Notes: generated by a model not told the origin, from the sequence alone. 53,663 nucleotides of DNA from an uncultured delta proteobacterium (GCA_903904655.1 CAIVDK010000150.1:1-53663), one strand, 5' to 3'; counted from the stretch's first letter, positions 34,424 to 45,282 are shown. Translations and numbers: made by a program.

Positions 34424-36832
34424 TTAGGCTCTTATTTTTGCACCCGTCAGTCGGACGGTGTTGTGCACAATTTTGTCATGAATAGAATTGATTTCAGTAT
34501 CCGTTAAAGTCCTGTCAAGAGCTCGATAGGAAAATCTCACCCCCAGACTCTTCACCCCTTCGTTAAGACCTTTGCCAACGTATATATCAAAAATCACCAC
34601 ATTTTCAAGCAAATCTTCACGTTGGCTTAAAACAATTTCCAGCATCTTTTTCGCTTCCATAGCGAAGGGAATGACAAAAGCGACATCACGAGTGACTGCC
34701 GGAAATTTGGATATTTCCCTGTAAGTGATTCGTCTATTTATCTGTTTTTCTAACATATCAATATTAATTTCAAATAGATATGCATTTGCCTTGATATCCA
34801 TTTTCCGCATCACTTCCGGATGCACCTGGCCTATGTAACCTATCCGAGTCTCATTGAAATACAGGCCGCATGCTTGACCGGGATGTAAAAATTGTTCTGA
34901 TATTTCAGCACAATAACGGCAATCATCCAGCTTCAGGTCATAAAAAATATTTTCCAGGCAGCCTTTAAGATCATAAAAATCAACATTTACTTTCGAACCC
35001 CAAAGGTCTCCCGATACTTTTCCCGTCAAAAGCCCGGCCAGGATATTCTTTTCTTCCGGCAAATCTCCTGCTTTGCGCGCCAAAAATATCCGCCCGATTT
35101 CAAATATCTTTAAATTGGAAGACGCATTATTAATATTTTTCTTCAGGGTCTCCAGTAATCCGTAAGCCATCGTTGTACGCATCACCGATTGCTCTTCCGT
35201 CAGCGGATTTTTTATGACCACAAAATTGCGCCGTTCATCGTCTAACGGCAAGCAAAGATAACCAACCGAGGCGGGCGATGTAAAACTGTAGTTGATGATT
35301 TCCGAATAGCCGCTACCTATGAGCAATTGACGGGTTCTTTCCTCCAGATCGAGGCGAGGAATGACCGCCATCTCCGTCACCGAGACAGCAGGCAGGGTTG
35401 TAGGCACGCGATCATAGCCATACAGCCGCACAACCTCTTCAATCAGATCAATCTCTCTTTCAATATCCACACGAAACGTCGGTGGCGTCACAAGATACTT
35501 TCCCTTGCCCTCTTTGCGGACCGCCATGCCAATACTCTTCAGGATTCGCACAACGTCTTTGGCCGCAATGGGTGTGCCAATCATTTCACAAATTCTGTCC
35601 AGCCGCAGGGGAATATTTGCAACAGCCGTTATTTTCTGTGGGTATTCATCTAGGTGGTTTTTACAGATGGAACCGCCGGAAAGCTCGGCGATCAGTTGCG
35701 CCGCGCGATTGAGCGCTCGAATCACGCCTTCCGGATCAATACCTCTTTCGAAACGAAAAGCGGCATCGGTCGGCATCGCCAGGCGGCGCGATGAACGGCG
35801 AATGGACGAAGGGCTAAAATAAGCACTCTCGAGAAAAATGGTGTCTGTATCTTCTTTCACTTCAGAATTGAGACCACCCATTATTCCGCCGATGGCCACG
35901 GGCTTTTTGCCGTCGCAGATCAACAAGGTGTTTTCCGGAAGGATACGGCTTTTCTCATCAAGCGAAACAAATTCTTCACCGACTTTTGATTTACGCACAA
36001 CAATACGTCCCTCTGCCAGGAAACGATAATCGAAAGCGTGCAGTGGCTGACCCATTTCCAGCATGACGAAGTTTGTCACATCCACAACATTATTGATCGT
36101 GCGTAAACCGGCGGCTTCGAGCCGTGTCTTCATCCAGATCGGAGAGTCACCAATTTTAACGTTTTTGATCATTCGGGCGGAATAACGCGGACACAGATCC
36201 GCATCCACAATGGATACCGAGGAAAGTGACGCAATGTCTTCGGTTGATTCTTTGATTTTGATGACCGGCATTTTAATTTTCTTGCCCGTTAAGGCGGCAA
36301 CTTCACGGGCCATGCCGATCATACTCAGACAATCGGAACGGTTAGGCGTAATGCTGACATCCAAAACGGTATCGCCCAGATTCAGGGCCGACTCCAAAGG
36401 AATCCCCAGCGTCAGTCCGGTCGGTAATTGCATAATACCCGATGTGTCATCACCGATTTCCAACTCCGCCTCCGAACAAAGCATGCCGTCGGATTTCTCA
36501 CCGCGTAATACGGTTGCTTTGATCGCGTATCCGCCGGGAATAACCGCGCCGATTTTCGCCAGTGGCACGACATCACCAGCTTTTATATTTTTGGCTCCAC
36601 AGACAACCGGATACGTCTGAGATCCGTCCGTTACGTCACACAAGGACAGCTTGTCCGCTCCCGGATGCGGCCTTACGGATAAAATTTTTGCGACCACAAC
36701 GCCGGAATACTTATGCGCAATGGTCTTGATCTCATCCACTTCCAGACCGGTCATGGTTAAACGGTCGGCAAGCTGGGGCGCCGTTAATTCCAGATCAACA
36801 TAATCTTTAAGCCATTTAAGACTAACGAGCAT
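34424..36832 (-). CDS. pheT: Phenylalanine-tRNA ligase beta subunit
   Basis: The 802-aa protein starts with MLVSLKWLKDYVD and has B3/4, B5 and FDX-ACB regions. Confidence 0.95.
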   Translation of the reverse strand: MLVSLKWLKDYVDLELTAPQLADRLTMTGLEVDEIKTIAHKYSGVVVAKILSVRPHPGADKLSLCDVTDGSQTYPVVCGAKNIKAGDVVPLAKIGAVIPGGYAIKATVLRGEKSDGMLCSEAELEIGDDTSGIMQLPTGLTLGIPLESALNLGDTVLDVSITPNRSDCLSMIGMAREVAALTGKKIKMPVIKIKESTEDIASLSSVSIVDADLCPRYSARMIKNVKIGDSPIWMKTRLEAAGLRTINNVVDVTNFVMLEMGQPLHAFDYRFLAEGRIVVRKSKVGEEFVSLDEKSRILPENTLLICDGKKPVAIGGIMGGLNSEVKEDTDTIFLESAYFSPSSIRRSSRRLAMPTDAAFRFERGIDPEGVIRALNRAAQLIAELSGGSICKNHLDEYPQKITAVANIPLRLDRICEMIGTPIAAKDVVRILKSIGMAVRKEGKGKYLVTPPTFRVDIEREIDLIEEVVRLYGYDRVPTTLPAVSVTEMAVIPRLDLEERTRQLLIGSGYSEIINYSFTSPASVGYLCLPLDDERRNFVVIKNPLTEEQSVMRTTMAYGLLETLKKNINNASSNLKIFEIGRIFLARKAGDLPEEKNILAGLLTGKVSGDLWGSKVNVDFYDLKGCLENIFYDLKLDDCRYCAEISEQFLHPGQACGLYFNETRIGYIGQVHPEVMRKMDIKANAYLFEINIDMLEKQINRRITYREISKFPAVTRDVAFVIPFAMEAKKMLEIVLSQREDLLENVVIFDIYVGKGLNEGVKSLGVRFSYRALDRTLTDTEINSIHDKIVHNTVRLTGAKIRA

Positions 36833-36846
36833 GAGATGAAGCTCTC

Positions 36847-37863
36847 CTAGAATTGTTTAAGGAATCGAATATCGTTTTCAAATAAAAGACGGATATCGGT
36901 AATGCCGTATTTCAGCATGGCAATGCGTTCTAGGCCAAGACCAAAAGCAAACCCTGAATAAACTTCCGCATCATAACCGACATTTTGAAAAACGGCTGGA
37001 TCAACCATGCCTGACCCTAGAATTTCCAACCAACCGCTCTGTCCGCAAACACGACAACCTTTGCCCTGACAAATTACGCAACGGATGTCCACTTCAGCGG
37101 ACGGTTCGGTAAAGGGGAAAAAACTGGGGCGAAACCGCAAAGTTGTATCGTCACCAAATACTTTTTTTAGAAAAGCGGTCAGAATGCCTTTCAAATCGGC
37201 AAAACTGACTCCCTTATCCACCAACAATCCTTCTATCTGATGAAACATCGGTGTGTGGGAAACATCGGAATCGGGTCGGTAAACCCGTCCGGGGCACAAA
37301 ATACGCACGGGTGGTTTCACCTTCTCCATAATCCTTACCTGAACCGGCGAGGTGTGGGTGCGCAGGACGATATTATCTTCGATGTAAAAGGTATCCTGCA
37401 TATCCCGGGCGGGATGATCCTTGGGAATGTTGAGCGCCTCAAAGTTGTAATAGTCCAACTCGACTTCCGGGCCTTCGACGACTGAAAAACCGAAAGAGGC
37501 GAAAATTTCGCAAATTTCGCGGCGGATTTGAATAACAGGATGGATTCTGCCCGATCGAATACTTCTGCCGGGCAGTGTTACATCAATTTTTTCCCTGGCG
37601 AGAATTTCTTCTTTTTTACCCTGCGTCTGAAGCTGTAGAGCCTCATCAATTTTTGTTTCGAGAATTTCCTTCACTTCATTGCAGCGTTTGCCGAAAAGAG
37701 GTTTTTCATCAATCGGCACCTGAGAAATATTTCTCAAAAGACCGGTGAGGAGCCCTTTGCGTCCCAGATATTTTGTTCTCACAGCTAGAATCGAATCTTC
37801 CGCCTGGGCATTTTCCAGTTCGGCAAGGGCATCTTTTTCCAGCTGTTGAATATCCGCAATCAT
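36847..37863 (-). CDS. pheS: Phenylalanine-tRNA ligase alpha subunit
   Basis: The class II motifs [23 protein letters not shown] and [11 protein letters not shown] are present. Confidence 0.95.
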   Translation of the reverse strand: MIADIQQLEKDALAELENAQAEDSILAVRTKYLGRKGLLTGLLRNISQVPIDEKPLFGKRCNEVKEILETKIDEALQLQTQGKKEEILAREKIDVTLPGRSIRSGRIHPVIQIRREICEIFASFGFSVVEGPEVELDYYNFEALNIPKDHPARDMQDTFYIEDNIVLRTHTSPVQVRIMEKVKPPVRILCPGRVYRPDSDVSHTPMFHQIEGLLVDKGVSFADLKGILTAFLKKVFGDDTTLRFRPSFFPFTEPSAEVDIRCVICQGKGCRVCGQSGWLEILGSGMVDPAVFQNVGYDAEVYSGFAFGLGLERIAMLKYGITDIRLLFENDIRFLKQF

Positions 37864-38219
37864 GCCGCCTGCTCGCCTTTGGCTGTTGCCACAATCATAG
37901 CGAAACCCTGTGGGTCATTAACAGCCAGGTCGGCCAGAATTTTGCGATCCAGCGTGATGTCCGCTTTCTTCATAGCATCCATAAGGCGGCTGTAAGAGAT
38001 ATTGTTCAGGCGGGCAGCGGCGTTGATACGCGCTATCCACAGCTGGCGAAATTCTCTTTTACGGCCCCTGCGGTCACGATAAGCATAGCTCAGGGCCTTG
38101 TTGACAGCTTCCGTTGCGGTTCGCAGCAAACGGCTGCGTGCGCCAAAGAAACCTTTAGCTCTCTTTAATATTGATCTTCTTTTTTTACGGGCAGTGACGC
38201 CTCTTTTAATCCTTGCCAT
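37860..38219 (-). CDS. rplT: 50S ribosomal protein L20
   Basis: The sequence is [29 protein letters not shown]... Confidence 0.95.
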   Translation of the reverse strand: MARIKRGVTARKKRRSILKRAKGFFGARSRLLRTATEAVNKALSYAYRDRRGRKREFRQLWIARINAAARLNNISYSRLMDAMKKADITLDRKILADLAVNDPQGFAMIVATAKGEQAA

Positions 38220-38267
38220 TTTCTTTTACTCTCCTCAATTAATACAGCTTCTGTATTGCTTTATCGA

Positions 38268-38465
38268 CTATAAATAAGGAATAAGCCTCTTGATTGCGCT
38301 CTCATTTGCCGAATGAACCAGCGTTGATTTCCTTAAAGTTCTTTTTCTTTTTGTTGTTTTTTTTGTGAGGATGTGGCTGGCAAAAGCCCTGCTGCGCTTC
38401 ACCTTACCTTTGGCAGTAATCGAAAAGCGCTTGGCAGCTCCTCTGTGTGTTTTCATCTTTGGCAT
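38268..38465 (-). CDS. rpmI: 50S ribosomal protein L35
   Basis: The sequence is [24 protein letters not shown]... Confidence 0.95.
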   Translation of the reverse strand: MPKMKTHRGAAKRFSITAKGKVKRSRAFASHILTKKTTKRKRTLRKSTLVHSANESAIKRLIPYL

Positions 38466-38494
38466 ATCATCACCTCTTCTTTATTATCATTTAT

Positions 38495-39004
38495 TTATTT
38501 TTTGGGTGAAACAATCATGATCATGTTCCGACCTTCGAGCCTAGGCTCCTGATCCATAATACATTCATCAGCCAACGCGATTTTAATTTGGTCCATCAAT
38601 TTACGGCCGATGTCGGTAAAGGCGATCTCACGCCCCCTGAACATCATTGATACTTTCACCTTATCGTGTTGTTCCAAAAACTTTTTTATATGTTTTATTT
38701 TCGTCTGCAAGTCATGCGCTTCTGTTTTGGGCCTTAAACGGATTTCCTTCACATGAATAACCGTCTGGCTTTTTCTGGCATCATGGATTTTTTTACTTTG
38801 CTTATAACGGTATTTTCCATAATCCATTATTTTGCAGACCGGCGGCTCGGTATTGGATGATACTTCCACTAAATCCAGACCAACTCTTTCCGCATTGGCA
38901 ATCGCTTCATCCAGTGAAATAACGCCCAACGGTTGTCCTTCTTCATTAATAACCCTGACAGTCGCCGACTTTATTTCTCTGTTGATTCTTAAATCCTTAA
39001 CTAT
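38495..39004 (-). CDS. infC: Translation initiation factor IF-3 (non-AUG start)
   Basis: The ORF-track start (TTG 38929) truncates the conserved N-terminus. The frame stays open upstream and encodes VKDLRINREIKSATVRVINEEGQPLGVISLDEA. The best start is ATA 39004, 6 nt after GGGAGG. In-frame ATT 39022 and ATC 39019 are alternatives. Confidence 0.85.
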   Translation of the reverse strand: MVKDLRINREIKSATVRVINEEGQPLGVISLDEAIANAERVGLDLVEVSSNTEPPVCKIMDYGKYRYKQSKKIHDARKSQTVIHVKEIRLRPKTEAHDLQTKIKHIKKFLEQHDKVKVSMMFRGREIAFTDIGRKLMDQIKIALADECIMDQEPRLEGRNMIMIVSPKK

Positions 39005-39040
39005 ACCGCACCTCCCGATAATCAGTTCTTTAATAAAACA

Positions 39041-40975
39041 CTACTTCTTTTTTTCACACATTTCCTGCACTAAAGCAATAAATTGTTCAACCGGCAGCGC
39101 GCCGAGATTCTGACCGTCGCGGATACGTGGCGCAACCGTTTCGGCCTCCATTTCCTTATCGCCAATGACCAGCATGTAAGGGATTTTCTGCATTTGAGCC
39201 TGACGGATTTTATAGCCTAATTTTTCATTATCAAAATACTTCTCACAACGGATGCCAGCATCGATTAATCGGGTATAAACCGTCTGCGCGTAAGGAATAT
39301 GCTTATCCGTCACCGTCAACAAAACACATTGCGTCGGCGCTAGCCACACCGGAAATGCGCCTGCGTAATGCTCGATAAGTACACCCATGAACCGTTCAAT
39401 CGCGCCCAGAATAACCCGATGAAGCATGACGGGGCGATGCTTTTCACCGTCCGCGCCAATGTAACTCAGATCAAATCGTTCCGGCAGTGTAAAATCACAC
39501 TGGATTGTCGCACACTGCCATTTTCTTTTTAAAGCGTCCTTGAGTTTGAAATCGATTTTCGGCCCGTAAAAAGCGCCGTCGCCTTCATTAACCTCATAGC
39601 TGATGTTGTTATCCTTGAGAGCGTTTTCCAGCGCAGAAGTAGCCAGTTCCCAATCTGCATTGGACCCGATGGAATGTTCAGGCCTGGTGCTTAATTCCAC
39701 TTCATATTCAAAGCCAAAAATACCCATCGCATAATTGACAAAATCAGCAATGGCACGGATTTCAGAATTAAGCTGTTCAGGCATGCAGAGAATATGAGCA
39801 TCATCCTGCGTGAATTGACGCACACGCATCAGCCCATGTAACACGCCCGTTTTTTCATGACGATGAACCGTGCCCAGTTCAAAATATCTGAGCGGCAGAT
39901 CCCGGTAACTGCGGATTTTTGATTTATAGATCAGCATATGGGAAAGACAGTTCATCGGCTTAATGCCGTAAGTCTGCTCGTCAACCTCGGTAAAATACAT
40001 ATTATCGCGGTAATGATCAAAGTGGCCGGATTTCTTCCACAGATCAACCTTAAGAATCTGAGGCCCCATGACCATATCATAACCGCGCTTTAAATGCTCT
40101 TTTCTTTCCCACTCTTCAATAATGTAACGCAGTAACATTCCCTTGGGATGAAAGATGGCCAAGCCAGCGCCTGCCTCATCGTTGATCTGAAACAGATCCA
40201 GTTCCCTGCCCAAGCGGCGATGATCTCTTTTTTTGGCTTCTTCCAGCAAATTCAGATAATCCGCAAGAGCTTTCTCATCGGCAAAACCGGTGCCGTAAAT
40301 GCGCTGGAGCATTTTGTTTTTTTCATCGCCACGCCAGTAAGCTCCCGCCACACTCAGCAGTTTGAACGCCTTGATTTTGCCCGTTGAATCAATGTGCGGC
40401 CCGCGACACAAATCGACATAATCCCCATCTTTGTACAGGCTGACTACAGTGACATCTGCTGGTAAATCACGAATTATCTCCACTTTGTAATTTTCGCCTC
40501 TCTGGGTGAACAATTCAGCGGCTGTCTCGCGGGGCAATTCTTCCCTAACAAATGGATAATCAGCGGTCACAATTTCTCTCATCCGCTTTTCAATCTTTTC
40601 AAAATCATCCGTGGTAAAGGTTTCGGTACATTCGAAATCGTAGTAAAACCCATCTTCAATAGACGGACCAATAGCAACTTTGGCGCCCTTAAATACCTCT
40701 TGCACGGCCTGCGCCATAACATGAGATATGCTGTGGCGCAAGACGGAAAGGCCATTTCTCGATAAAATGTCGATCGGCTCTACCGTTGAATCTTCTTTTA
40801 GAATAAAGTTCAAATCAACAGAGACGCCGTTGACTTTGGCGGCGACAGTAGATTTGAAAATATCCTTTTGCCAGTCTCTGATGGCTTCGCCTATGGTTAT
40901 ACCAGCGGAAAATGTTCGCTCATTTTTATTTGGGAAAACAACTTTTATATCCATCATGTTACTAGGTAATCTCAC
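39041..40975 (-). CDS. thrS: Threonine-tRNA ligase
   Basis: The 644-aa protein has TGS, editing and class II core domains ([24 protein letters not shown]). The exact start is uncertain: GTG 40975, or ATG 40957/40954. Confidence 0.93.
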   Translation of the reverse strand: MRLPSNMMDIKVVFPNKNERTFSAGITIGEAIRDWQKDIFKSTVAAKVNGVSVDLNFILKEDSTVEPIDILSRNGLSVLRHSISHVMAQAVQEVFKGAKVAIGPSIEDGFYYDFECTETFTTDDFEKIEKRMREIVTADYPFVREELPRETAAELFTQRGENYKVEIIRDLPADVTVVSLYKDGDYVDLCRGPHIDSTGKIKAFKLLSVAGAYWRGDEKNKMLQRIYGTGFADEKALADYLNLLEEAKKRDHRRLGRELDLFQINDEAGAGLAIFHPKGMLLRYIIEEWERKEHLKRGYDMVMGPQILKVDLWKKSGHFDHYRDNMYFTEVDEQTYGIKPMNCLSHMLIYKSKIRSYRDLPLRYFELGTVHRHEKTGVLHGLMRVRQFTQDDAHILCMPEQLNSEIRAIADFVNYAMGIFGFEYEVELSTRPEHSIGSNADWELATSALENALKDNNISYEVNEGDGAFYGPKIDFKLKDALKRKWQCATIQCDFTLPERFDLSYIGADGEKHRPVMLHRVILGAIERFMGVLIEHYAGAFPVWLAPTQCVLLTVTDKHIPYAQTVYTRLIDAGIRCEKYFDNEKLGYKIRQAQMQKIPYMLVIGDKEMEAETVAPRIRDGQNLGALPVEQFIALVQEMCEKKK

Positions 40976-41000
40976 TATTTATTATTCTACTTCATTTTAA

Positions 41001-41029
41001 AAGGGCATCACCATTTCGCTGATGCCCTT
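41001..41029 (-). terminator. Hairpin (10-bp stem) between tRNA-Val and thrS, possible terminator
   Basis: AAGGGCATCA-ccatttcgc-TGATGCCCTT is flanked by A and T runs. The T-tract is weak in the minus orientation. Confidence 0.4.
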
Positions 41030-41074
41030 TTCTTTATCGGCATTTACGCTATATACGCGTTCATACATAAAAAA

Positions 41075-41149
41075 TGGTAGGCAAGCAGGGATTTGAACCC
41101 TGGACATCCACCGCGTCAGGATGGCGCTCTCCCCCTGAGCTACTTGCCT
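41075..41149 (-). tRNA. tRNA-Val (anticodon GAC), CCA encoded
   Basis: I folded the minus strand by hand: AGGCAAG-TA-GCTC-AGGGGGA-GAGC-G-CCATC-CTGACGC-GGTGG-ATGTC-CAGGG-TTCAAAT-CCCTG-CTTGCCT-A-CCA. Confidence 0.9.
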
Positions 41150-41210
41150 ATATTCATCTTTTAGCGTTTGGTCAACTAGCAGTAAAACGCTGCTGTGTCA
41201 AGCAAATATC

Positions 41211-41768
41211 TTATTTTTTAGCCTCTTCGGGTACGGATTTATTCAGTATCCGGATCCCTCTGATAATGTAAACCAAACCGGAAATAACAGTGAATAAAGC
41301 CGTTGTCCAGCAAAGACCTGTTATCCAATAATAACCGAAATCATGGGTAACCGCTTTGTAAAGTAAAGCGAAAAAAATCGTGGCGATTTGCAACGCCGTG
41401 GTTATTTTCCCGACAACAGCCGGTTTTATCTCGTAAGCCACCGACATTAAAGTAAGAATCGCGATACCCAGTAAAATAATAAAGTCACGGCTGATGACAA
41501 TAACAGCCAACCAGCCGGGAATAAGACCCAAAATCGCCAGCATAACAAAACTGGTAACCAGCAGCAATTTGTCCGCAATAGGATCAAGATAAGCGCCCAG
41601 AGTTGTCTGGCACTTCAACAGGCGCGCCAGTGCCCCATCCAAGGCATCGGTCAGGCCGGCCACCATAAAAGCGATCAATGCCTTGTCATACTCAGCCTGA
41701 ATCAGGAAAATGACAAATACAGGCACAAGGATTATCCGAAGTAATGATAAAAAATTTGGTATATTCAT
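41211..41768 (-). CDS. pgsA: CDP-diacylglycerol-glycerol-3-phosphate 3-phosphatidyltransferase
   Basis: The CDP-alcohol phosphatidyltransferase motif DALDGALARLLKCQTTLGAYLDPIADK is present. Confidence 0.9.
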   Translation of the reverse strand: MNIPNFLSLLRIILVPVFVIFLIQAEYDKALIAFMVAGLTDALDGALARLLKCQTTLGAYLDPIADKLLLVTSFVMLAILGLIPGWLAVIVISRDFIILLGIAILTLMSVAYEIKPAVVGKITTALQIATIFFALLYKAVTHDFGYYWITGLCWTTALFTVISGLVYIIRGIRILNKSVPEEAKK

Positions 41769-41789
41769 CTATTAGCCTTGCGCCTTAGT

Positions 41790-42557
41790 TTATTTACTGG
41801 ATCTTTTATCTCTTTTCTTATTCCACTTCACCCAATCGTCCATATCCTCAGATTCCAAGAACTCTTTCGGCTCTTGGGCCTGGCCATCAGAAGTAATGGC
41901 AATCTGCTGCATGGATTTAATAATATACACCCATTCTTCCATGGATACGGGCTTGGGACCCTCAATCACAACTGGTCCGGAAACAGGCCTGGGCGGTCCG
42001 ACGGCAGAAACTGCCGGCTGCTGTTTTCCGGGAGTAGCAGCCACACGAACCTCGCCATCGTAAACTTTCACCAGCGCCGACTGGTCACCTTCAACATCCA
42101 TCCGGTAAACAGTGCCTCGAACCCCGGCAACGGCATTTTGGCATGAAACTTCATATTTATCATCCCTACCTGAAAGAGATTTACGCACATTCGTCCACAA
42201 TTTGCCAACGGTCACGGAAACTTCAACAGCCCTCTTCCCTTCTTCACCCGTGTCAGCCTGGACAAGTTTAAATGTTGTTTTTTCGGCAAAACGCATAATG
42301 CTCTTCTCAGGAAGAACCATCTCTACCCGGCTGCCAGCACCAGTTGACACTTCACAGCCGGCTCTAATAAGATCATGTTTTTTGAGATAACGAGATTCTT
42401 TTTGTCCCGCGCAAATGACGTCGGCTTTTCCTTCCAACATGGTGATTTTCGCTTCACCTTTCGTCATTTTAATGGTCACCGGTGGTTTGGCCTGCACAGA
42501 CGTGAAACAAATCAATAGAAGGACTATTGAAGAAACGATTGACATCCATATTTTCAT
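41790..42557 (-). CDS. Secreted FecR-domain protein
   Basis: I start at ATG 42557, 6 nt after AAGGAG. The signal peptide is MKIWMSIVSSIVLLLICFTSVQA. The FecR-like beta region is GSRVEMVLPEKSIMRFAEKTTFKL...VAGVRGTVY. Confidence 0.7.
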   Translation of the reverse strand: MKIWMSIVSSIVLLLICFTSVQAKPPVTIKMTKGEAKITMLEGKADVICAGQKESRYLKKHDLIRAGCEVSTGAGSRVEMVLPEKSIMRFAEKTTFKLVQADTGEEGKRAVEVSVTVGKLWTNVRKSLSGRDDKYEVSCQNAVAGVRGTVYRMDVEGDQSALVKVYDGEVRVAATPGKQQPAVSAVGPPRPVSGPVVIEGPKPVSMEEWVYIIKSMQQIAITSDGQAQEPKEFLESEDMDDWVKWNKKRDKRSSK

Positions 42558-42621
42558 GGCATTCTCCTTCTTTATCGATTTCATGAAGAATTCCTTAAAA
42601 ATCTCATCGGAGAACAAAAGA

Positions 42622-43221
42622 CTATCCCCTTAATTTCGGTCCGTACGGCAGCGTCTCCATAACGTTACCGACAGCTTCCTCCAATGCCGTTTCCAAATCC
42701 CCGCGGGATTTCATCTTTAGCCTTGTCCGAATCAAATCAAAACTTCTGTTTGTCGATCTGTATTGAGCGTTCCAAAGCGTTTCGCCTGTCTTCGTGCTGC
42801 GTAATTCGCATCGGACAGACACAGTAACCGGCGCATAAAATAAACCTGCTGATGTTTTACTTTCCATGAGCGAGCAGGACATGACACCATCCGCACCCAG
42901 CAATTCTTCTATCATCTTCGGTGGGACAACATCATTTTTTTTCACTTCCGCACCGCCGGTCAGAGGCATCAGTTTACTGTCAATCAAATCAGGAGCTATT
43001 TGAAGATAGCCTTTAAAGCGAAGTTCGTCGCCCAATTTTGACCGCATCATTTTCGAAGCTTTTGAGCCTGCCATATTGCTCTCCACAGGCAGCAAAGCAA
43101 TAACGCTCACGGCGCCCGAGTTTTGATCGCTTTTTAACACAACCGGCGCACGGGATGAACAACCGGACAGACATAAGCAAAACGTTATCAACAAGACAAA
43201 TACAATATTATGGGCTCTCAT
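42622..43221 (-). CDS. Lipoprotein (DUF799/GNA1162-like)
   Basis: The lipobox is LCLSGC|SS. The motif IALLPVESN...LGADGVM is typical of the DUF799 family (from memory). The start overlaps the upstream stop (ATGA). Confidence 0.6.
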   Translation of the reverse strand: MRAHNIVFVLLITFCLCLSGCSSRAPVVLKSDQNSGAVSVIALLPVESNMAGSKASKMMRSKLGDELRFKGYLQIAPDLIDSKLMPLTGGAEVKKNDVVPPKMIEELLGADGVMSCSLMESKTSAGLFYAPVTVSVRCELRSTKTGETLWNAQYRSTNRSFDLIRTRLKMKSRGDLETALEEAVGNVMETLPYGPKLRG

Positions 43222-43901
43222 TGTGCCTCCTCTTTAACCTGCAAATTGATCTCGACTACATTCTGATTCTTCTTAAGGGTTTTCATGGAATACTTTCCTG
43301 ATTTTTCCAACTCAGCCACTAAATTTTGAACTTCTCCAGCAAGAACAAGATCACAATGAGCCTGCTGCCATTCCAGACGACAAGGATAAACACTTTGGAC
43401 TATTTTGGGACGGCCTTGTAAAAAAGTCTTTAAATGGGCAAAATCTGAATATTTCTTCATCCCTTTTAATGATAAAGAAACCGAGACACCTTCTTTTCCC
43501 TTTTGCCCCTGAAGAACGTCCATCTGCAAAAGATCATCCCTGACAGGCGCTAAAGCTACTGCAACATGAACATTAGCGGTATATTCATCGTGCTGTCTAT
43601 TTTCTGATATTATTCGATAGTTCTTAATATAGCGATCCGCCTTGTCGATCATGATGCTTTTAACAGCCTGAAATTTTTCGTCTTCAAATTTATCCGATAA
43701 GATTTTGGCCGCTGCCTGTATGATCGCTTTTTCCAATGCGTTTTTCACAGCTTCTTCACGAGCGCGGGCTTCATCATTTTGAACGACGGGAGCCCGACCT
43801 TCAACCTGAAGAGTTAAATCCGTCGTCGCCTGAACGGCATAGGCAGGATGTTGGAAAAGGCATATCGGCAATAGAAACATCAGCAACAGTTTTTTTCTCA
43901 T
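43218..43901 (-). CDS. Secreted protein with FlgT_N/LPP20-like N-terminal domain
   Basis: The signal peptide is MRKKLLLMFLLPICLFQHPAYA. The pattern DEARAREEAVKNALEKAIIQAAAKIL is typical of FlgT_N/LPP20 domains. The family call is weak. Confidence 0.45.
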   Translation of the reverse strand: MRKKLLLMFLLPICLFQHPAYAVQATTDLTLQVEGRAPVVQNDEARAREEAVKNALEKAIIQAAAKILSDKFEDEKFQAVKSIMIDKADRYIKNYRIISENRQHDEYTANVHVAVALAPVRDDLLQMDVLQGQKGKEGVSVSLSLKGMKKYSDFAHLKTFLQGRPKIVQSVYPCRLEWQQAHCDLVLAGEVQNLVAELEKSGKYSMKTLKKNQNVVEINLQVKEEAQ

Positions 43902-43904
43902 TAC

Positions 43905-44267
43905 CTAATCCTGATCCGACAAACGGTCTTTGTGCATAATCTTTATTTTTTCAATTTCTTCTCTGATCACGCGCTCGGCAATATCAGGAATAACGTCCCG
44001 CGCGATTCTTTCAATAATTTTCACCGTCCGCTTCATGACCGCGTCGTTGATTTGAGGGACCAAATGATTATGTTCAACGACCTCCGTCAGATCATGAATT
44101 TTATCGCCATTCGATGTGACACGTTCGTAGTCCCGTCCGTCAACCACAATGATTTGCTGCGGATTTTTCCCGTCAGTCGCACTGCGATCCTGTCCGCTTC
44201 GTTCGTCATATATTTCGGTCAGTTCGTGTATTTTTTTATCTTGAACCGTCCCGAAAGCTTCCATCAT
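43905..44267 (-). CDS. Hypothetical cytoplasmic protein (120 aa) with an internal KIH(E/D)LTE(I/V) repeat
   Basis: It is the first ORF of the four-gene cluster. The repeat units are KIHELTEIY and KIHDLTEVV. The amphipathic C-terminus is IPDIAERVIREEIEKIK. Confidence 0.45.
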   Translation of the reverse strand: MMEAFGTVQDKKIHELTEIYDERSGQDRSATDGKNPQQIIVVDGRDYERVTSNGDKIHDLTEVVEHNHLVPQINDAVMKRTVKIIERIARDVIPDIAERVIREEIEKIKIMHKDRLSDQD

Positions 44268-44385
44268 CTTTCATTCCCTCTTCCTATGCGCCATAATAAT
44301 AAAATGATTAGATTTCTATTGATTTCACAACCGAGTTACCATAGTGCAAAAAACTCTTCAAGCAATATATGCATTGTTCCGGGTT

Positions 44386-45255
44386 TCAATTTCGATCAGG
44401 CACCTGACGAATTTTAACAGCCATATCATAAACTTTTTTCCTCGATAATCCGGTTCGCCGCACAATCTCCGCAACGGCATCGCGCAACGATATCGTTCTT
44501 TCCGCCCAAAGCTGCAGAAGCTTCTCCTGAATTTCATCGTCCGTAAACGAAACAGGCCCAAGGAAAGCTCCTTGCAGGATGACCGTAAATTCCCCTTTTA
44601 CTTTACTGACGGACCTCTCCGCTACAATGTCTGAGACCCATCCTCGTTTGATCTCTTCAAATACCTTGGTTAGTTCCCGTGCCACAACGATCTGCCTGTC
44701 GCCCAACACGTCATAAACATCTTTCAACGCATCGATGATTCTTGCCGGCGACTCATAAAATATAATGGTTTTTTCTTCATCCTTAATGGACTCCAAAAAC
44801 CGGCGGCGCTTGTTTTCTTTGGGCGGCAAAAAGCCACAAAACAAAAAATGGTCAGCGGGCAAACCACAGACAGACAAAGCTGTAATTAAAGCGGAAGGTC
44901 CGGGAACGGGAATCACGCTGATTTGGTTTTCCAGCGCAATATGGACCAGGTGATAACCGGGATCGCAAACACAGGGCGTGCCGGCATCGGAGATATAAGC
45001 GATGCTTATTCCGTTTTTGATTCTGGAAACAATAAGCTCGCTTCGTTCCTTCTCATTGTGCTCGTGCAGACTGATCAGAGGTGTTTTTATATTGTAGGCA
45101 TTTAGCAGGATTCTGGAATGGCGCGTGTCTTCCGCAGCGATCAGGTCCACTTCTTTTAACACCCGAAGCGCCCGGAGTGTAATGTCCTCCAGATTGCCTA
45201 TCGGTGTGGCAACCATGTAGAGCTTCCCTTGCTTTTCACCCGCGCTTTTATTCAT
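44386..45255 (-). CDS. rsmI: 16S rRNA (cytidine1402-2'-O)-methyltransferase RsmI
   Basis: The sequence is LYMVATPIGNLEDITLRALRVLKEVDLIAAEDTRHSRILL. Confidence 0.9.
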   Translation of the reverse strand: MNKSAGEKQGKLYMVATPIGNLEDITLRALRVLKEVDLIAAEDTRHSRILLNAYNIKTPLISLHEHNEKERSELIVSRIKNGISIAYISDAGTPCVCDPGYHLVHIALENQISVIPVPGPSALITALSVCGLPADHFLFCGFLPPKENKRRRFLESIKDEEKTIIFYESPARIIDALKDVYDVLGDRQIVVARELTKVFEEIKRGWVSDIVAERSVSKVKGEFTVILQGAFLGPVSFTDDEIQEKLLQLWAERTISLRDAVAEIVRRTGLSRKKVYDMAVKIRQVPDRN

Positions 45256-45282
45256 ACAATTTTCATCAAACGCTTTTTGTTG

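Noticed and set aside
41074-41271. A 65-aa plus-strand ORF overlapping tRNA-Val.
   Set aside because: It is antisense to a cleanly folding tRNA and to the 3' end of pgsA. It has no RBS or motifs.
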